Of a stretch of 64,000 nucleotides of DNA, positions 60,022 to 64,000 are shown piece after piece; the stretch's first letter is position 1, and every line of letters begins with the position of its first letter. Below the pieces are notes generated by a model. It saw only the letters and a program-made list of their open reading frames with translations. It did no database searches and was not told where the DNA came from. Location of the stretch: assembly GCA_965204735.1 (NCBI GenBank), contig OZ242008.1:3552001-3616000 (forward strand), written 5' to 3'. This stretch comes from Longimicrobiales bacterium (GTDB lineage Bacteria > Gemmatimonadota > Gemmatimonadetes > Longimicrobiales > Gaopeijiaceae). The position numbers and the translations under genes are program-made.

Positions 60022-61305
60022 TCACCCCCGCTCCAGCACCATCGCGAAGCCGAGGCCGCCGGCGGCGCACACCGTGATCAGGCCGAACTGGCCGTCGCGG
60101 CGCCGCATCTCGTTCAGGAGCGTGATCGTCAGCCGTCCGCCCGTGGCGGCGAACGGGTGTCCTACGGCTATGGACCCGCCCATCACGTTGATCTTCTCCG
60201 GGTCCGGGTGGCCCAGCCGGCTGGGAAGGCCGAGCTCGTTCCGGCAGAAGTCGTCCGAGTCCCATGCCCGCAGGTTGGAGAGGACTTGCGCCGAGAACGC
60301 TTCATGCATCTCCATCAGGTCCACGTCGGCCATGGCGATGCCCGCCCGGTCCAGGGCGACAGGGGCGGCGTAGGCTGGCCCTTGCAACAGCTGCTTGCCG
60401 GGGTCAAGGGCGGCGAAGGCGAAGCTGCGCACGTAGCCGAGGGGCTCGATCCCAAGATTGCGAGCTCGATCCTCGGACGACATGAGGAGCGCCGACGCGC
60501 CGTCGGTGAGGGGCGACGAGTTGCCCGCGGTGACCGAGCCGAACTTGCGGTCGAAGACCGGGCGGAGCCCCGAAAGCGCTTCCACGGAGGTGTCTTGTCG
60601 GACTCCGTTGTCGCTCACCGCGGTGGTGTCGTACTTCGGCGGCACGTAGACGGGGGCGATCTCCTCCGCCAATCGGCCGTCCTCCATTCCGGCGTGGGCC
60701 TTCCTGTGGGACTCGAAGGCCCAGCGGTCCTGGTCCTCCCTGGAGATGCCGTTCTCCTTGGCCATGCGCTCCGCCGCTTGGCCCATCGTTTCGCCCGTGG
60801 AGGGCTCCGCAATGGCTGGAGGGACCGGAATCAGGTCGCGAGGGCGCACCCGTCCGAACGCGCGAAGTCGCGCCCCGAGGCTCCGTGCTCGGGACGCCTT
60901 CACCAGAGCGCCGGAGAGCCGGTCCGAGACCAGGATCGGAATTCGCGACAGGGACTCGGCACCGCCCGCCACCACCAGGTCGGCGCGGCCACTCTCGATC
61001 AGGTTCGCGGCGTCGGCGACGGCTCGGTTGGAGGACGCGCACGCCAGCGACACCGTGACCGCCGGAACCGAGGCGGGCAGCGTCGCCAATCCGACCTCCC
61101 TGGCCATGTTGGGCGCCCGGGGGTCGTGAACGACTGTGCCGAACACCAGATGGTCCACGTCCTCCGGCGGCACGTTGGCCCGGGCCAGCGTCTCCCGCAC
61201 GGCGTGACGTCCCAGGTCAATCGCCGACAGCCCTGCGAAGTCGGTGCCGGCCCTGGCGAAGGGCGTACGGCAACCGGCCAAGACGGCGACCCGCGTTCTG
61301 TCCAT
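60022..61305 (-). CDS. fadI: Acetyl-CoA C-acyltransferase (FadI-like thiolase)
   Basis: RTPFARAG, SLACASS, GNSSPLTDGA, HEAFSAQ, GGSIAVGHPFAATG, CAAGGLG. Confidence 0.88.
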   Translation of the reverse strand: MDRTRVAVLAGCRTPFARAGTDFAGLSAIDLGRHAVRETLARANVPPEDVDHLVFGTVVHDPRAPNMAREVGLATLPASVPAVTVSLACASSNRAVADAANLIESGRADLVVAGGAESLSRIPILVSDRLSGALVKASRARSLGARLRAFGRVRPRDLIPVPPAIAEPSTGETMGQAAERMAKENGISREDQDRWAFESHRKAHAGMEDGRLAEEIAPVYVPPKYDTTAVSDNGVRQDTSVEALSGLRPVFDRKFGSVTAGNSSPLTDGASALLMSSEDRARNLGIEPLGYVRSFAFAALDPGKQLLQGPAYAAPVALDRAGIAMADVDLMEMHEAFSAQVLSNLRAWDSDDFCRNELGLPSRLGHPDPEKINVMGGSIAVGHPFAATGGRLTITLLNEMRRRDGQFGLITVCAAGGLGFAMVLERG

Positions 61306-61516
61306 CGGCGCCTCCTTGCTTCCCGTTGTCCTGGAGCTTCGTCCCCGTCGTGTCGCGCCATTGCAACGCACCGCGAAGTCGCCACTTTAGCGCGTGGTCC
61401 CGTCGGTCGCACGCACGCCCCGTGGGACCCCTGGTCGTCCCGTGGGGTCCCCGGTCGCTCCACATACTTCCTGACCGCAGCCGCCGTCCGTCGCACGGCC
61501 ACGGAGGAGCCAGCTC

Positions 61517-62830
61517 GTGAAAGCTGTCGAGTTCAACGTAACCGTGCCCGGCTACCTGCTCGCCAAGAGCCTGGGGCGCGTCGCCGACTCCGCGATCCAC
61601 GGCCGATTGTCCCAGCTGTCGTTGGTGGACCGACCCGCTCCGTCGCTTCCTGGGGAAGACTGGGTGCGGATCGAGGTCCTGCTGTGCGGCATCTGCGGAA
61701 GCGACCTGGGCAATATCGCATACAACTCCAGCCCGGCCATGGAGCCGTTCGGATCGTTTCCGGCGGTGCTGGGTCACGAGATCCTGGGCCGCGTCGTCGA
61801 AGCTGGGCCGAGGGCCGGCCACCTGTCGCCGGGGCAGCGAGTGGTGATCGACCCGATGATCCATTGCGAAGCCCGAGGCTACGCAAGGGACCAGTGGTGC
61901 CGGTCGTGCGCCGCCGGTCTTCATGCCACTTGCGAAATGGCGGGGGAAGATGGACCGCTCGTGGTGGGGGGTCGGCCAGCGGGGAAGCAGGGCCGGTCGA
62001 CGGGGATGCGCGGCCGGTCGACGGAGCAAGGCGGTCGGCCGCTGGGGCCGGGGCTCACCGTCGGGTATCACCGCGACCTGCCGGGAGGCTGGGGTGAACA
62101 GGTGATCGCGCACAAGCGTCAGGTGTTTCCCGTGCCGGACGGCTTGGACGACCGGGTGGCCGTTCTCGCCGAACCTCTGGCCATCGGCGTCCACGGCGTG
62201 CTGGGCAGCGGGGCGTTGCGGTCGCCGGGACCGGTTCTGGTGATCGGCAGCGGAACGATCGCCTTCGCGGTCGTCTGGTCGCTCCGGACGCTGGGGTACG
62301 AGGGTCGCTTGATTGCCCAGTCGAAGCGCACCCACGAGGTGGAGATGGCCCGCGCCCTCGGCGCCGACGAGACCGTGATGCCGGGCGACGAGGCTCGCCA
62401 AGCCCTGGTGGACACGGGCGCCCGAGCCTACATGCCCGTGGTCGGCGACGAAGTGTATGCCGGCGGCGGGTTCGCCTTCGTCTTCGACTGCGTGGGCAGC
62501 GAGTCCAGCTTGGTCCAGTCGCTTCGCGTCGCGTCGCCCCGTGGACGAGTCGTGCTGCTAGGGTGCGCCAGCCAGCTGAAGAAGCTCGACCTGACCTTTC
62601 TGTGGGCGCGGGAGTTGCGGGTCCAGGGCTTCGTGGGCTACGGAATGGAGGAATGGGACGGCCAGCGACGCCACACCTTCGACGTGACCTTGGAGCGGAT
62701 GGCTGCGGACCCCAGCGCGTTGGCGCGGATGGTCACTCACGTCTTCCCCTTGGAGCAGTATCGGGATGCCCTGCGGACGGCCGGCGATCATCGCAGCGGG
62801 GCGGTGAAGGTGGTGCTAGAGGGCCCGTGA
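61517..62830 (+). CDS. Zinc-dependent medium-chain dehydrogenase
   Basis: GICGSD, GHE, structural Zn C..CRSC...C, EPLA, GSGTI, FDCVG. Confidence 0.88.
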   Translation: MKAVEFNVTVPGYLLAKSLGRVADSAIHGRLSQLSLVDRPAPSLPGEDWVRIEVLLCGICGSDLGNIAYNSSPAMEPFGSFPAVLGHEILGRVVEAGPRAGHLSPGQRVVIDPMIHCEARGYARDQWCRSCAAGLHATCEMAGEDGPLVVGGRPAGKQGRSTGMRGRSTEQGGRPLGPGLTVGYHRDLPGGWGEQVIAHKRQVFPVPDGLDDRVAVLAEPLAIGVHGVLGSGALRSPGPVLVIGSGTIAFAVVWSLRTLGYEGRLIAQSKRTHEVEMARALGADETVMPGDEARQALVDTGARAYMPVVGDEVYAGGGFAFVFDCVGSESSLVQSLRVASPRGRVVLLGCASQLKKLDLTFLWARELRVQGFVGYGMEEWDGQRRHTFDVTLERMAADPSALARMVTHVFPLEQYRDALRTAGDHRSGAVKVVLEGP

Positions 62831-62846
62831 CTTGGGCGGAGCCCGC

Positions 62847-63006
62847 CTAGTCCTTCGGGCCGCCAAGCTCCTCGCGCTCGCGGGTCGTGGTCCCGTCGCT
62901 CCCCCGGTACTCCGACGGGTACTGCTTTGTGCTTCTTCGGCATCGTGGAATCTTCCTTGTCCCGACAGATTGGACCGGACATGTCCACGAAACCGGGGAA
63001 ACTCCA
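62847..63006 (-). mobile_element. IS3-family left-end remnant
   Basis: Minus strand begins TGGAGTTTCCCCGGTTTCGTGGACA, then a frameshifted OrfA-like MPKK/TKQYPSEYR...TTREREEL. Confidence 0.55.
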
Positions 63007-63129
63007 CTGCCGCAGAGGCAAGCTGGATCAAGCAGACCCACGCCTCAGATAAACGCCCACGCAGCCCTTCTGTATCCAGTCGCCAGCTACCTCCTAGCAC
63101 GGCCACCCGGCGCGCCTACGACTCACCAT

Positions 63130-63360
63130 ATTCCAAGTCGCACGACGACATCACCGGCGATGCTGAGGGGGCTGCAGCTGCTGTACAGGAGCGGCGGTCG
63201 AAGCTGTGCTGGGGGTGCTGAAGAAGGGCCTGGACTGCGGCTTCAACCGGCTGCACCAGCTGGCGAACCAGCATCGGACGGTGCGGGCGATGCTAAAAGC
63301 CACGGGACTTCCATATGCACGAGTACCCAGACGGTGGTGGACAACGTGGCTCGACATTGA
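63130..63360 (+). pseudogene. ISNCY-like transposase fragment
   Basis: Frameshifted pieces KSHDDI / MLRGLQLLY / LGVLKKGLDCGFNRLHQLANQHRTVRAML / QTVVDNV. Confidence 0.6.
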
Positions 63361-63602
63361 CCGAACCCAGCCGTGGCGGGCACCGCGGCTACTCAACTCA
63401 AGCGTGACCGGCGTCGTCCGGGCTTCCGGTCTCGCCCGGGGCAGCTGGTGTACGCGACCGAAGGCCGAAGCTCGAGCGTGTACTTGGGCGCGAAGCGGTG
63501 CTGGCCGAGCGCATCGACGCCGTTCTCAACACCTGCGGCGTCCCCGAGCGCAGGCCGCGTCGTGAAGACGTGTCCGGGCGCGCTCGAGGCGCATGCCGAT
63601 CT

Positions 63603-64000
63603 TCATGACGGACTCACACTGCTTGAAGGTCTGCTATCGTTTCCCGATGATTGCTGAGGAACCCACGATGGGGCTGGTACGAGGTGGGTATTGATGCTTT
63701 GTCGCACAGCAAGACGGACCAGCCGATCCACAGCGTCCTGTGCCTCCGATCTAGTATCGAAAATGACAAGACATTCTGGACCGTCAGTCAGACGAACAGC
63801 AGTTCCGAGAGTGGCTGCCGCGCCTCGCCGATAATCGGATATGAAATAGCCCCATATGTCGTCGAAGTAACTGTGATCCGCCTCGCCAAACGAAGGATCT
63901 AGGAAGGCATTGGTGTAGACGAGAGTGGCAGTATACCCTACCGGACGCACTTCGGCGTAACAGTATCCGTAGATGACGTCCACTTGGTGAAAGGCCGTGT
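63603..64000 (-). CDS. Hypothetical protein (5' partial), lower GC
   Basis: Open frame of more than 126 aa running off the window end; atypical composition. Confidence 0.45.
   Translation of the reverse strand, partial: TAFHQVDVIYGYCYAEVRPVGYTATLVYTNAFLDPSFGEADHSYFDDIWGYFISDYRRGAAATLGTAVRLTDGPECLVIFDTRSEAQDAVDRLVRLAVRQSINTHLVPAPSWVPQQSSGNDSRPSSSVSPS

Overview
High-GC bacterial chromosomal window. The gene inventory (alternative complex III, VPS10/BNR protein, plug-like lipoprotein, BTAD-AAA regulator) is suggestive of Gemmatimonadota, but this is inference only. Housekeeping and metabolic genes include lon, ggt, an SSS transporter, ferredoxin, pduO, a luxE/luxC-like pair, actABCDEF, msrA, a bacilliredoxin, an hcrCAB-like molybdoenzyme and a thiolase. 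Two genes are split in the ORF track by an in-frame UGA at a conserved Cys position, each followed by a SECIS-like hairpin, and are probably selenoproteins: SelD (UGA 1766-1768) and an OsmC-like protein (UGA 49631-49633, minus strand). A visibly lower-GC island after actF (41662-45784) encodes an unusual ParB-like domain + ABC-ATPase fusion coupled to a TOPRIM-like (DUF3226-like) protein. It is followed by an RHH-nucleotidyltransferase/HEPN pair and is the best candidate for an undescribed defence system. Also present are a complete IS1202-type element with 16-bp target duplications, an orphan mini array with type I-E-like hairpin repeats, several dispersed repeat-spacer-repeat footprints, and IS debris at the right end. 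All family assignments come from motif recognition by eye; no database searches were run.
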